Assembly: GCA_031370565.1 (NCBI GenBank)
Contig: JANMQO010000043.1
Location: forward strand, 1-54,317
Direction: 5' to 3'
DNA: 54,317 nt
DNA from: Chloroflexota bacterium
GTDB taxonomy: Bacteria; Chloroflexota; Limnocylindria; Limnocylindrales; CSP1-4
In this document: one piece after another, positions 26,355 through 34,978 of the stretch
Layout: the number at the start of each line of letters is the position of its first letter
Numbering within the stretch: position 1 is the first letter of the stretch
Position numbers and translations under genes: made by a program
Notes under the pieces: generated by a model
The model's database searches: none
What the model was told of the DNA's origin: nothing
What the model saw: only the letters and a program-made list of their open reading frames with translations

Positions 26355-27062
26355 ATGACCCTGGCAACCGACCCGACCACCCCGACCACCACCCGGCGCG
26401 CCTTTGCCGGCGTGTCGCCGCTCCGCCCTGGGCGAAGCCCCATGCACGCCATCGTGATCCACCATGCGGACGTCGTCCGGGCTGGCATCTCGGCCGTCCT
26501 GACCGGCAGCGGCATGGGCGATGTGTCCGGTGCCGGATCCGTATTCGACGCACTGCGCATCGCTGGCGTGCACCTGCCCCAAGTCATCCTGTTCGACTAT
26601 GCCAGTGGTACCGGTCCGGAGATCTGTCGCCTGCTGGGTGGCCTGTGGCCACGACCACGGCTCATCGCCATGGTCGGGCCGAACCAACCCGCCACCGGGC
26701 GCGAATGCCTGACCGCCGGCGCCGATGCCGCCGTCGCGATCGAGGGTGTCAGCCGCGACTCGTTCGTGGAATGCATCCAGCTCGTCCTCGCCGGCAATGG
26801 TCCGATCATGGCCGGGTTCCCGGTCGAGCAGGCCGCGGCCGGCGACACCGTGCTCGACGACGCGCCCACGGCCCTGCTCACCCGGCGCGAGCGCGAGATG
26901 CTCTTCCTCATTGGCGAGGGCCTGTCCAACCGCGAGATCGCCAGTGCGCTTGTCCTGTCGGTCAAGACGATCGAGGCGCACCGCTCGAACTTGAGCCGCA
27001 AGCTGAACATCCGCTCACGGGCCGGGCTCATGCGTCTGGCCATGGGTGGCGGGGCGGCCTGA
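26355..27062 (+). CDS. LuxR-family regulator with atypical (degenerate) receiver domain
   Basis: C-terminal LuxR HTH (LTRREREMLFLIGEGLSNREIA..SVKTIEAHRSNLSRKLN). The receiver-like N-domain has HH in place of the DD acidic pocket (IVIHHADVV). GAGAGGGA precedes the ATG at 26355. The stop is 29 nt before flbD. Confidence 0.8.
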   Translation: MTLATDPTTPTTTRRAFAGVSPLRPGRSPMHAIVIHHADVVRAGISAVLTGSGMGDVSGAGSVFDALRIAGVHLPQVILFDYASGTGPEICRLLGGLWPRPRLIAMVGPNQPATGRECLTAGADAAVAIEGVSRDSFVECIQLVLAGNGPIMAGFPVEQAAAGDTVLDDAPTALLTRREREMLFLIGEGLSNREIASALVLSVKTIEAHRSNLSRKLNIRSRAGLMRLAMGGGAA

Positions 27063-27091
27063 CCGCAGATCGCACGAGTCAGGTTCCGACC

Positions 27092-27355
27092 ATGATCGCG
27101 GTCACCCGCCCGGACGGCTCGAGCCTGCTCCTCAATCCCGACCGGATCGAGAGCATCGAGCAGACCCCAGACACCGTCATCACCCTGGCTGACGGTCGCA
27201 AGCTGCTCGTGCGCGAGGCGGCCGAGGTCATCGCTGAGCGCTTCACCGCCTACCAGCGTTCGCTCCGCCGTGGCCCTCGGCGCGGTCCCGGTCGTTCGTC
27301 CGGAGGACTGGTCGCCCTGGGTCCCAGCCAACGCGATCTGGACTCCGTCCGATGA
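27092..27355 (+). CDS. flbD: Flagellar protein FlbD
   Basis: MIAVTRPDGSSLLLNPDRIESIEQTPDTVITLADGRKLLVRE matches the FlbD family pattern. ATGA overlap with motA. Confidence 0.8.
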   Translation: MIAVTRPDGSSLLLNPDRIESIEQTPDTVITLADGRKLLVREAAEVIAERFTAYQRSLRRGPRRGPGRSSGGLVALGPSQRDLDSVR

Positions 27356-28155
27356 TCGGCGTCCTCATCGCCGTGGGCGCGGTCATCATCACGTTCCTGC
27401 TCAAGGGCGTCAGCCCGGCCATCCTGATCAACCTGCCCTCGATCTCGATCGTCTTCGTGGGCACCTTCGGGGCGACCATCGCAGCCTTCGGACTGGCCGG
27501 CTTCAAGAAGCTGCCCAAGCTGCTGGGGATCGCCATGAAGTCCGCCCCGAGCCACGCCATGGCTCGCCGCGATCAGCTCGTCTCGTTCGCCGAGCGAGCC
27601 CGTCGCGAAGGCTTGCTGGCCCTCGAAAGCGACATCGAGTCCGTCGAGGACCCGTTCATGCGGCGTGGCCTGCAGATGGTCATCGACGGCCTCGAGCCGG
27701 AGACGGTGGAGGAGGTCCTCGATCTCGAAATCGAGGCCATGAAGCGACGCCATGCGCACGGCGTGCTACTGCTCGCAGCGATGGCTGGCTTCGCCCCCAC
27801 GTTCGGCATCCTGGGCGCGGTCATGGGCCTGATCGCGGTCATGGCCCACCTGTCCGAGCCGGAGAAGCTCGGCGCCGGGATCCAGGTCGCGTTCATCGCC
27901 ACGCTCATGGCCGTCGGCGTGGCGAACATCGTGTACATGCCCCTGAGCATGGCGCTCAAGGGCAAATCCGCCGAGGAGGTCATCGAGCGCCAGATGGCCC
28001 TGGCCGGGATTCTGGCCATCCAAGCCGGCGACAACCCAAGGATCGTCGCGCGCAAGCTCGAGACGTTCATCGATCCCAGGATCCTTGCCGCCGGCAGCAC
28101 CACCCCCGCCGGCAGCGCCACCCCCGCCGGCGCCGTCTCCGAGGAGGCTGCCTGA
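27352..28155 (+). CDS. motA: Flagellar motor stator protein MotA
   Basis: MotA/TolQ/ExbB channel pattern (FAPTFGILGAVMGLI ... GIQVAFIATLMAVGVANIVYMP). Confidence 0.9.
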   Translation: MIGVLIAVGAVIITFLLKGVSPAILINLPSISIVFVGTFGATIAAFGLAGFKKLPKLLGIAMKSAPSHAMARRDQLVSFAERARREGLLALESDIESVEDPFMRRGLQMVIDGLEPETVEEVLDLEIEAMKRRHAHGVLLLAAMAGFAPTFGILGAVMGLIAVMAHLSEPEKLGAGIQVAFIATLMAVGVANIVYMPLSMALKGKSAEEVIERQMALAGILAIQAGDNPRIVARKLETFIDPRILAAGSTTPAGSATPAGAVSEEAA

Positions 28156-28934
28156 TGTCCCGCAAGAAGCATGGCGGGCATGCCGAGGAGTTCCACGCCG
28201 ACGAGCGCTGGCTGATCACCTACGCCGACATGATCACCCTGCTTCTGGCTGTGTTCATCGTGCTGTATGCCCTGTCGGACACGAACGTGCGCAAATTCAC
28301 CGCGTTCGCCGAATCGGTCTCGGCCGCCTTCAACGCCGACATCTTCCGGGGCACCCAGGCGATCACCATCACCTCTGGCCAGCAGACGGCCCCGGACAGC
28401 GCCAACTTCGACGCGGGCAGTGGGGTGATTTCGGCCGACCAACGCGCGGTCGAGGCAACGATCAAGGACTTCGCCATCCAGCAGGGCATCGCCGGCCAGG
28501 TCTCGGTCGAGCGGGTTCCGGAAGGGATCGCGATCCGGATCGGCGATGTCCTGCTCTTCTCCAGTGGCCGCTCCCGCCTGGACAGCCGTTCGACGGCCCT
28601 GCTCAACAAGGTTGTCAGCGCCGTCCTGCCGCTGCCCAACCGACTCCGGATCGAGGGCCACACCGACGACACCCCGCCGAGCGGCCCGTTCTATGCGGAC
28701 AACTGGGCACTCTCGACCGATCGAGCGCTGGCCGTGCTGGCCGCCATGGTCCAGGACGGCGTCGAACCCGCCCGTCTGGCCGCGGCAGGCTACGCCGAGT
28801 TCCAGCCCTTGGTGCCCAACGTGGACGAATCGAGCCGGGCTCGCAACCGGCGTGTCGACATCCTGATCCTGTACCCCAAGGGCGAGTCCGGACCCGCCTT
28901 CGGATCGCCCAGCCCATCCCCAGGAGCGAGCTGA
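28155..28934 (+). CDS. motB: Flagellar motor stator protein MotB (OmpA-like C-terminus)
   Basis: N-terminal WLITYADMITLLLAVF with the conserved Asp. C-terminal OmpA-like peptidoglycan-binding region (IEGHTDD...NWALSTDRA...NRRVDI). Confidence 0.9.
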   Translation: MSRKKHGGHAEEFHADERWLITYADMITLLLAVFIVLYALSDTNVRKFTAFAESVSAAFNADIFRGTQAITITSGQQTAPDSANFDAGSGVISADQRAVEATIKDFAIQQGIAGQVSVERVPEGIAIRIGDVLLFSSGRSRLDSRSTALLNKVVSAVLPLPNRLRIEGHTDDTPPSGPFYADNWALSTDRALAVLAAMVQDGVEPARLAAAGYAEFQPLVPNVDESSRARNRRVDILILYPKGESGPAFGSPSPSPGAS

Positions 28935-29422
28935 TGAAGAAGCCGTCGGGGCGCACCACGATCATCATCGGGGTGGCCTTCGGGCTTGCTGCTGCAGGCG
29001 GCCTGGCCTACCTCAAGTTGTCCGGTTCGAACACGCCGCCGCCGCTGCCCGAACCAGCGGCGGGCCAGCACGGTCCGATGCTGGCGCTCGACGAACGGGT
29101 GGTGAACCTGCTCGCGGGCGGCCCCTATCGCTATGCCAAAGTCGGCCTGACCGTCGAGTTGCGTCCGGCCACCAAGGATTTCTTCGCGCTCGTCGCCGAA
29201 GCTCGGGCGGCCGCCGAGAAGGCGGCCCTGCTCGAGCACCAGGCCGAGGTGCCATTGATCCTCGATGCCCTCGGTCGGGTCGTGTCGGCGCACAACTCGA
29301 ACGAGCTCGTGACCGTCGATGGTCGGGCCACGCTCAAGAAGGAACTGCTCGAGGCGGTCCGGACCGTGGTCGGTGAAGACGCGGTACTGAACGTCTACTT
29401 CACCGACCTCGTGATGCAGTAG
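28934..29422 (+). CDS. fliL: Flagellar basal-body-associated protein FliL
   Basis: Single N-terminal TM plus FliL-like C-terminal pattern (...VLNVYFTDLVMQ). Position between motB and fliM. Start overlaps the motB stop. Confidence 0.8.
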   Translation: MKKPSGRTTIIIGVAFGLAAAGGLAYLKLSGSNTPPPLPEPAAGQHGPMLALDERVVNLLAGGPYRYAKVGLTVELRPATKDFFALVAEARAAAEKAALLEHQAEVPLILDALGRVVSAHNSNELVTVDGRATLKKELLEAVRTVVGEDAVLNVYFTDLVMQ

Positions 29423-29433
29423 GGGCGCTGACG

Positions 29434-30408
29434 ATGCTCTCCCAGGCCGAAATCGATGCACTCCTCGGGACGGCCAGCCCTGCGGCGCGGCGCGCCGAGG
29501 CGGCGATCGTGCCCGAGCGCGCCTACAAGGCCTATGACTTCCGGCGACCGGACAAGTTCTCCAAGGACCAGCTCCGGACGCTGCAGGCCATCCATGAGAA
29601 CGTCGCCCGGAGTGCCGCCGCGCGCCTGTCCTCACGGCTCCGGACGAGCGTGTCCATCCAGCTGGCCAGCGCCGAGCAGATGATCTTCGACCAGTACCTC
29701 AGCGGTTTGACCCTGCCCACCCAGCTGGTCGTGCTGCAGTCGACGAGCCTGGCCGGTCCAATCCTGCTCGAACTGGACCTGACCTTTGCGTTGGCCGCCA
29801 TCGAGCGGATCCTCGGGGGACAGGGCCGAGTGCCGATCGAACGCCACGAGCCGACCGGGATCGAGGCCGATCTCATCGGCCGGCTGATCAGCGACATCGT
29901 GCCGGCGTTCAGCGAGGCCTGGTCACATCTGGCCGACTTCCCACTCGACATCGTGGAACGGGCACTCAGCCCCGCGCTGCTGCGGGTCGCCGCCCCGACC
30001 GAGGTGGTGGCACTGCTGACCTACGAGATCCGCCTGTCGGGGCAGGCAGCCACGATCGTCATCGCCTACCCGCATGGCGCGCTGACTCCGTTGCTCGGCC
30101 GTCTGTCGGGCACGGCCTGGTATGCCCAGGCGGACCGCCAGTCGACCAGTGCAGACGCGCGTGCATCCCTCGAGCAGTCCCTCGATCAGGTGGCCATTCC
30201 GATCAGCGCCGTACTCGGCGTCGTCGATCTGCCGGTCGAGACCCTGGCCAAGCTGCAACCGGGCGACGTCATCCGGTTTGATGAACGGATCGACGAGCCG
30301 ATCAGGATCTGGGTCGCAGACCAGGTTCACGCATGGGGCATCCCCGGTCAGATCGGCGACCGGATCGCCCTCCGACTGATGACACCCCTCACCGCCGTGG
30401 AGGCCTGA
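29434..30408 (+). CDS. fliM: Flagellar motor switch protein FliM
   Basis: N-terminal LSQAEIDALL CheY-P binding motif, YDFRRPDKFSKDQLRTL, and a C-terminal SpoA-like region. Confidence 0.9.
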   Translation: MLSQAEIDALLGTASPAARRAEAAIVPERAYKAYDFRRPDKFSKDQLRTLQAIHENVARSAAARLSSRLRTSVSIQLASAEQMIFDQYLSGLTLPTQLVVLQSTSLAGPILLELDLTFALAAIERILGGQGRVPIERHEPTGIEADLIGRLISDIVPAFSEAWSHLADFPLDIVERALSPALLRVAAPTEVVALLTYEIRLSGQAATIVIAYPHGALTPLLGRLSGTAWYAQADRQSTSADARASLEQSLDQVAIPISAVLGVVDLPVETLAKLQPGDVIRFDERIDEPIRIWVADQVHAWGIPGQIGDRIALRLMTPLTAVEA

Positions 30409-30413
30409 ACGCG

Positions 30414-31442
30414 ATGACCTGGACTGACCTCGACTGGCAGCCCGTTGAGCCCTCGAACTGCCTCGACCTGGAGACGCTCCGCATTCACGCCGACCTGCTC
30501 CGGTCCGCCCTCGACGAAGCTGCCTCCGCCGCGATCCTGGGCTCGGCCGTCATCGTTGCCGCGGACCTGGCCACGGTCGCGCGCACGGATCTGCCCGAGG
30601 GTTTCCTGCCGGTCGGCTCGTTCGAGCTGCTGGGGACGTCCCGCCGGTCCGTTGGAGCTGCCCTCGACCCGGCGATGGGCGCCGCCATCGGTGACACTCC
30701 GGTAACCGCGCTGGACCTCGCCCGCGCCCTGCTGCAGGCACTCGACGGTGGCCTGGAAGCGGTCATCGGCGAAGGGATCGGCCTGGCCGATGCGACCGAG
30801 CTGCCCGAGGACGACCAGCTGCTGCTCATTCGGCTGGGCATCGCCACGGCGTCTGGCGCACCCCCGGCGGTGGGTATCGTGTTTGCCGTCGCGGCGCTTG
30901 CCAGGACGGAGTTGGCGACCCATCTCAGAGCCCTTGAGGCGCTCGGCCAGGCCGAACCACCGACGACCAGGCCACCGACCGAGCCGGTGGCTGCGGCGAT
31001 GGCCCAGGCAACGCCGACACCGTCGGGAACGCCTCCGGCCGATGTGGTCTCAGTGCCGGTGCCACCGACCTCAGCCGCGCCGCGACCCGTGCCCGCCGCT
31101 GCGGCAACCGTCGAGCCGGTCGACATCCGGCCGGTCCAGTACGGGGATCTGCGGGCCAGCGCGACACCGCCCAGCCGCCAGTCGATCGACCTCCTGCTTG
31201 GCGTCAACCTGCAGGTCACAGTCGAGATCGGCCGCACGAGATTGCCCATCCGCGACGTGCTGGGGCTCACGCCCGGCTCGATCGTCGAACTGGACAAGCT
31301 GGCCGGCGAGAAGGTCGACGTCCTGGTCAACGGCCACCAGATCGCGACCGGCGAGGTGGTCGTGGTCGACGAGAACTTCGGCGTCCGGATCACCGACGTG
31401 GTTGCCCGTGACCGTCGGATCGACACGGCGGCGTTGCTCTAG
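30414..31442 (+). CDS. fliN: Flagellar motor switch protein FliN/FliY (long form with Pro/Ala-rich linker)
   Basis: C-terminal SpoA/FliN domain (LLLGVNLQVTVEIGRTRLPIRDVLGLTPGSIVELDKLAGEKVDVLVNGHQIATGEVVVVDENFGVRI). Confidence 0.85.
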   Translation: MTWTDLDWQPVEPSNCLDLETLRIHADLLRSALDEAASAAILGSAVIVAADLATVARTDLPEGFLPVGSFELLGTSRRSVGAALDPAMGAAIGDTPVTALDLARALLQALDGGLEAVIGEGIGLADATELPEDDQLLLIRLGIATASGAPPAVGIVFAVAALARTELATHLRALEALGQAEPPTTRPPTEPVAAAMAQATPTPSGTPPADVVSVPVPPTSAAPRPVPAAAATVEPVDIRPVQYGDLRASATPPSRQSIDLLLGVNLQVTVEIGRTRLPIRDVLGLTPGSIVELDKLAGEKVDVLVNGHQIATGEVVVVDENFGVRITDVVARDRRIDTAALL

Positions 31443-32107
31443 TGCGCTGGCTTCCATCCTCCGAGCTGCCCGCCCGCCTGGCGGCATCGGCCGTGGTGCT
31501 GGCACAGCGTGCCCGCCGGGCGACGGCCACGCGGCGCGGCGTTGTCATCCTTGGCACGCTGGTGCTGCTGGTCGCGCTGGCCCTTGCCGGGATCGGCCGC
31601 GACGCCGCGCTCGGTCCGGGCTTGTCGGGGCTGGACCCAGCCGGTGCATCTGGTGGGTGGGCGGGTACCGGCCACCTGGCCAGTTCCGGCGAGTCGACCC
31701 TGGATCTCGTCGCCCTGGGCTCCAAGGCCGTGCTGGTCCTGGTGCTGCTCGTGATCACACTCCAGGTCCTGCGCCGTGCCCAGCGTGGCAGCCAACCCAC
31801 CGACGCCCGCCTGATAGTGCTTGAATCGCGGACGCTGGGTCCCAAGGCCACGCTGCACCTGGTCGCGGTGGGCGAGCGACGGCTGGTGATTGGGCTCAGC
31901 CCAGGCGGCCTCGTGGCGCTGGCCGAACTGAACGCAGACGAGCTGGCCGAGCCCAACTCGGCGAGGCTCGCACCCGATGGCACGGCGGCGGCCGGCGCAG
32001 TGGCCGTCGGTGCGCTGGCCGGCCGAAACTTCCAGGCCGTCCTGGCGACCCTGACCGACCGCACCAACCGTGCCACCCACACCTCCCGCTCGGAGCGTGC
32101 GCGGTGA
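31442..32107 (+). CDS. fliO: Flagellar biosynthesis protein FliO-like
   Basis: TM segment followed by RLIVLESRTLGPKATLHLVAVGERRLVIGLSPGGLVALAEL, typical of FliO. Position is upstream of fliP. GTG start overlaps the fliN stop. Confidence 0.55.
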   Translation: MRWLPSSELPARLAASAVVLAQRARRATATRRGVVILGTLVLLVALALAGIGRDAALGPGLSGLDPAGASGGWAGTGHLASSGESTLDLVALGSKAVLVLVLLVITLQVLRRAQRGSQPTDARLIVLESRTLGPKATLHLVAVGERRLVIGLSPGGLVALAELNADELAEPNSARLAPDGTAAAGAVAVGALAGRNFQAVLATLTDRTNRATHTSRSERAR

Positions 32108-32865
32108 GCCGGCGGCCAATCCGGCTGGCGGTCGCCGCCGGCTTCCTGCTGAGCCTGACGCTGGCTGGCTGCGCGGGTCAGGCCGTACCTGACGTGAGCG
32201 TCCAGGTCGGCAACGGCCAGGCGGCCGCGGGCAACGGTCAGTTCGCCCTGTCCCTGCAACTCCTGCTGGGGCTGACCGTGCTCTCGATCGCGCCGGCGAT
32301 CCTGCTGCTGGCGACGAGCTTCACCCGCATCGTCATTGTCCTGTCGCTCCTGCGCAGCGCCATCGGCATTCCGCAGTTGCCCCCGAACCAGGTCATCCTG
32401 GGCCTCTCCCTGTTCCTGACGCTGTTCGTCATGACCCCGGTCTGGCTCCGGATCAATGCCGATGCCGTCCAGCCCTACCTGGCCGGATCGATCAGCCAGG
32501 ATGTAGCTGTCGAGCGCGGCATCGTGCCGCTGCGCGGGTTCATGCTGGCCCAGACCCACGAGCGGGAGCTGGCCCTGTTCATCGACCTGTCCAAGCGCGA
32601 TCGTCCGGCCACTGTCTCGGACATTCCGACCGAAGTGCTCCTGCCCGCCTTCGTCGTGAGCGAGGTCAAGACGGCCTTCACGATGGGCTTCATCCTGTTC
32701 GTGCCGTTCCTCGTGATCGACCTGGTGGTCGCCTCCGCGCTCATGGCGATGGGCATGGTCATGGTCTCGCCGGTCCAGATCGCCCTGCCGTTCAAGCTGC
32801 TCCTGTTCGTCCTGGTCGACGGCTGGGTGCTCGTCGTGCAGTCCCTCGTGCGGAGTTTCGGGTAG
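32104..32865 (+). CDS. fliP: Flagellar export apparatus protein FliP
   Basis: Conserved FliP motifs (LLATSFTRIVIVLSLLRSAIG...PPNQVILGLSLFLTLFVM). Confidence 0.95.
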   Translation: MSRRPIRLAVAAGFLLSLTLAGCAGQAVPDVSVQVGNGQAAAGNGQFALSLQLLLGLTVLSIAPAILLLATSFTRIVIVLSLLRSAIGIPQLPPNQVILGLSLFLTLFVMTPVWLRINADAVQPYLAGSISQDVAVERGIVPLRGFMLAQTHERELALFIDLSKRDRPATVSDIPTEVLLPAFVVSEVKTAFTMGFILFVPFLVIDLVVASALMAMGMVMVSPVQIALPFKLLLFVLVDGWVLVVQSLVRSFG

Positions 32866-32869
32866 ACCG

Positions 32870-33139
32870 ATGGACGCCGTCCGAATCGCCCCGCTCCTGC
32901 AGCAGTCTCTGCTGACCGCGCTGGCCGTGGCCGGGCCGATCCTGGTTGCCACACTGGTCGTCGGCCTGGCGATCTCGATCGTGCAGGCCGCGACGCAGGT
33001 GAACGAGGCCACCCTGACGTTCGTGCCCAAGCTGCTGGTGGTGGCGGCCGTGCTGGTGATCCTGGGTCCGGGCATGGTCGAGAAGCTGCTCGACTTCACC
33101 CGGTTCGCATTCCAGACAGCCGGGCAGGTGGGACGGTGA
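32870..33139 (+). CDS. fliQ: Flagellar export apparatus protein FliQ
   Basis: 89 aa with two TM segments and the motif IVQAATQVNEATLTFVPKL. Confidence 0.9.
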   Translation: MDAVRIAPLLQQSLLTALAVAGPILVATLVVGLAISIVQAATQVNEATLTFVPKLLVVAAVLVILGPGMVEKLLDFTRFAFQTAGQVGR

Positions 33140-33888
33140 TCCCCAGCGTGTTCGCCGGCGGCCAGGTCCTGAGCCTGCTGCTCGTGCTCATGCGCTGCAC
33201 GGGCTTCGTCGTGGCGGCGCCCTTGTTTGGGCACCGTGGCCTGCCGGTGCCGGTCAAGGCCGCCCTCGCGGTCGGCCTGGCCGTCGCCCTGGCACCGGCG
33301 GCGGCGATCGCACCGGGCGCCAGCCCGGCGCTCCTGGCCGCCCCGCTCGAACTGCTCATCGGCTTGACGTTCGGGTTTCTCCTGTCCCTGGGATTCCACG
33401 CCATCGAAGTGGCTGGCCGACTGATCTCGCTGCAACTGGGCCTGTCGCTGGAGGCCGTCCTGAGCCCGACGAGCGATGGCTCGTCGACCGCCCTGGATCC
33501 ATTCTTCGCGGTCCTGGCCGGGACCGTCTACCTTGCCCTCAACCTGCACGCCGAGGCGGTCCGCGTCCTGGGCCATTCGTTCGCGGCCTTCCCGATCGGG
33601 GGCAGCTGGCCCATCGACCTGTGGCTGCTGGTCGGGCGAGTGGCCGTCATGGCCATCGACCTCGGGACGCGGATCGCCCTGCCTGTGACGCTGGTCCTGC
33701 TGCTCGTCGAGCTGTTCGTCGGGATCGTGGCCCGGGCGATCCCCCAGATCAACGTGTTCATCCTGGGCCTGCCGGCCAAGCTCCTCATCGGCCTCGGCGC
33801 CATCGCCCTGGCCAGCCCGACCCTGGCCGCTGGCGCGGGTCAGGTCCTGCGAACCGTGTTCAACGCGGTCGAGGCGGTTCGCTCGTGA
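33136..33888 (+). CDS. fliR: Flagellar export apparatus protein FliR
   Basis: 250-aa polytopic membrane protein with a FliR-like N-terminus (LLLVLMRCTGFVVAAPLFG). Synteny fliQ-fliR-flhB. Confidence 0.9.
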   Translation: MIPSVFAGGQVLSLLLVLMRCTGFVVAAPLFGHRGLPVPVKAALAVGLAVALAPAAAIAPGASPALLAAPLELLIGLTFGFLLSLGFHAIEVAGRLISLQLGLSLEAVLSPTSDGSSTALDPFFAVLAGTVYLALNLHAEAVRVLGHSFAAFPIGGSWPIDLWLLVGRVAVMAIDLGTRIALPVTLVLLLVELFVGIVARAIPQINVFILGLPAKLLIGLGAIALASPTLAAGAGQVLRTVFNAVEAVRS

Positions 33889-33898
33889 GCCCGCGGCG

Positions 33899-34978
33899 AT
33901 GAGCGGCGAGCGCACCGAGCAGCCCACCCAGAAACGCCTCGACGATGCGCGGCGCAAGGGTGAGAGCGTCGGCCGAAGCCACGAGCTCACGATGGCCGTC
34001 ACGCTGGGTGTCACCGTGCTCGCCCTGCCGGCGCTCCTGCCGGGCATCGTGGGCACGATGACCGTGCAGCTGCGCAGCGCGATGGTGGCCATCGGGAACC
34101 GGCCGACCGGCGACGCCCACCTGCTGAACACGCTCGGTGGCGGACTCGGTTCGATCGTGGGTCTGATCCTGCCGCTCAGCCTGGTCCTGCTCGTCGCAGG
34201 CGTCGCGGCCAACCTGGCCGGCGGCGGCCTGACCCTCTCGCTCCGAGCGGTGCGCTTTGACCCGAGTCGGCTCAATCCGCTGACCGGTATCCGGCGACTG
34301 GTGGACCGCTCATCGTTGCTCCGACTGACGGTCGCCCTGGGCAAGCTCGGAGTACTGCTGGCCGTCGGCTGGAGCGTCCTCGGCCAACGCCTGCCCACCC
34401 TGCTGACAATGGTGGGCCAGAACGTCGGGACAACGACGGCCGTGGCAATGGCCGCACTGACGAGCCTCGGCGTCAGCCTGACCCTGACCCTGGGCACGGT
34501 GGCCCTGGCCGACTTCGTCATCCAGCGACGCAAGGCCAGGGGCCGACTCAAGATGAGCCGCGACGAGGTCAAACGCGAGGCCCGCGACCAGGACGGCGAT
34601 CCGATCATCCGGAACCTCCGCCGACGGCGCGCCCGCCAGCTGGCCTTCGCCCGGATGATGGATGCCGTGCCATCCGCGGACGTGGTGGTCATCAACCCGA
34701 TCCGCCTGGCGATCGCCCTGCGCTACGACGCGGAGACGATGCGCGCCCCCCGGATCGTGGCCAAGGGGCAGCGCCTGATGGCCGCTCGGATCCGCGCCGT
34801 CGCCCTGGAGCACGGGGTGCCGATCATCGAGGACGTCCCGCTGGCCCGGGCGCTCTTTCCCCGGCCCATCGGTGCCGAGGTGCCACCCCAGTTGTATCGG
34901 GCCGTGGCCCGCATCCTGATCATCGTCCACGGGCTCCGGGTGAACCGCCCGCGATCCTCGGAGAAAGGCACCCGATGA
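33899..34978 (+). CDS. flhB: Flagellar export apparatus protein FlhB
   Basis: N-terminal ERTEQPTQKRLDDARRKG. The region corresponding to the NPTH autocleavage site reads INPIRLAIAL. C-terminal domain present. Confidence 0.95.
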   Translation: MSGERTEQPTQKRLDDARRKGESVGRSHELTMAVTLGVTVLALPALLPGIVGTMTVQLRSAMVAIGNRPTGDAHLLNTLGGGLGSIVGLILPLSLVLLVAGVAANLAGGGLTLSLRAVRFDPSRLNPLTGIRRLVDRSSLLRLTVALGKLGVLLAVGWSVLGQRLPTLLTMVGQNVGTTTAVAMAALTSLGVSLTLTLGTVALADFVIQRRKARGRLKMSRDEVKREARDQDGDPIIRNLRRRRARQLAFARMMDAVPSADVVVINPIRLAIALRYDAETMRAPRIVAKGQRLMAARIRAVALEHGVPIIEDVPLARALFPRPIGAEVPPQLYRAVARILIIVHGLRVNRPRSSEKGTR

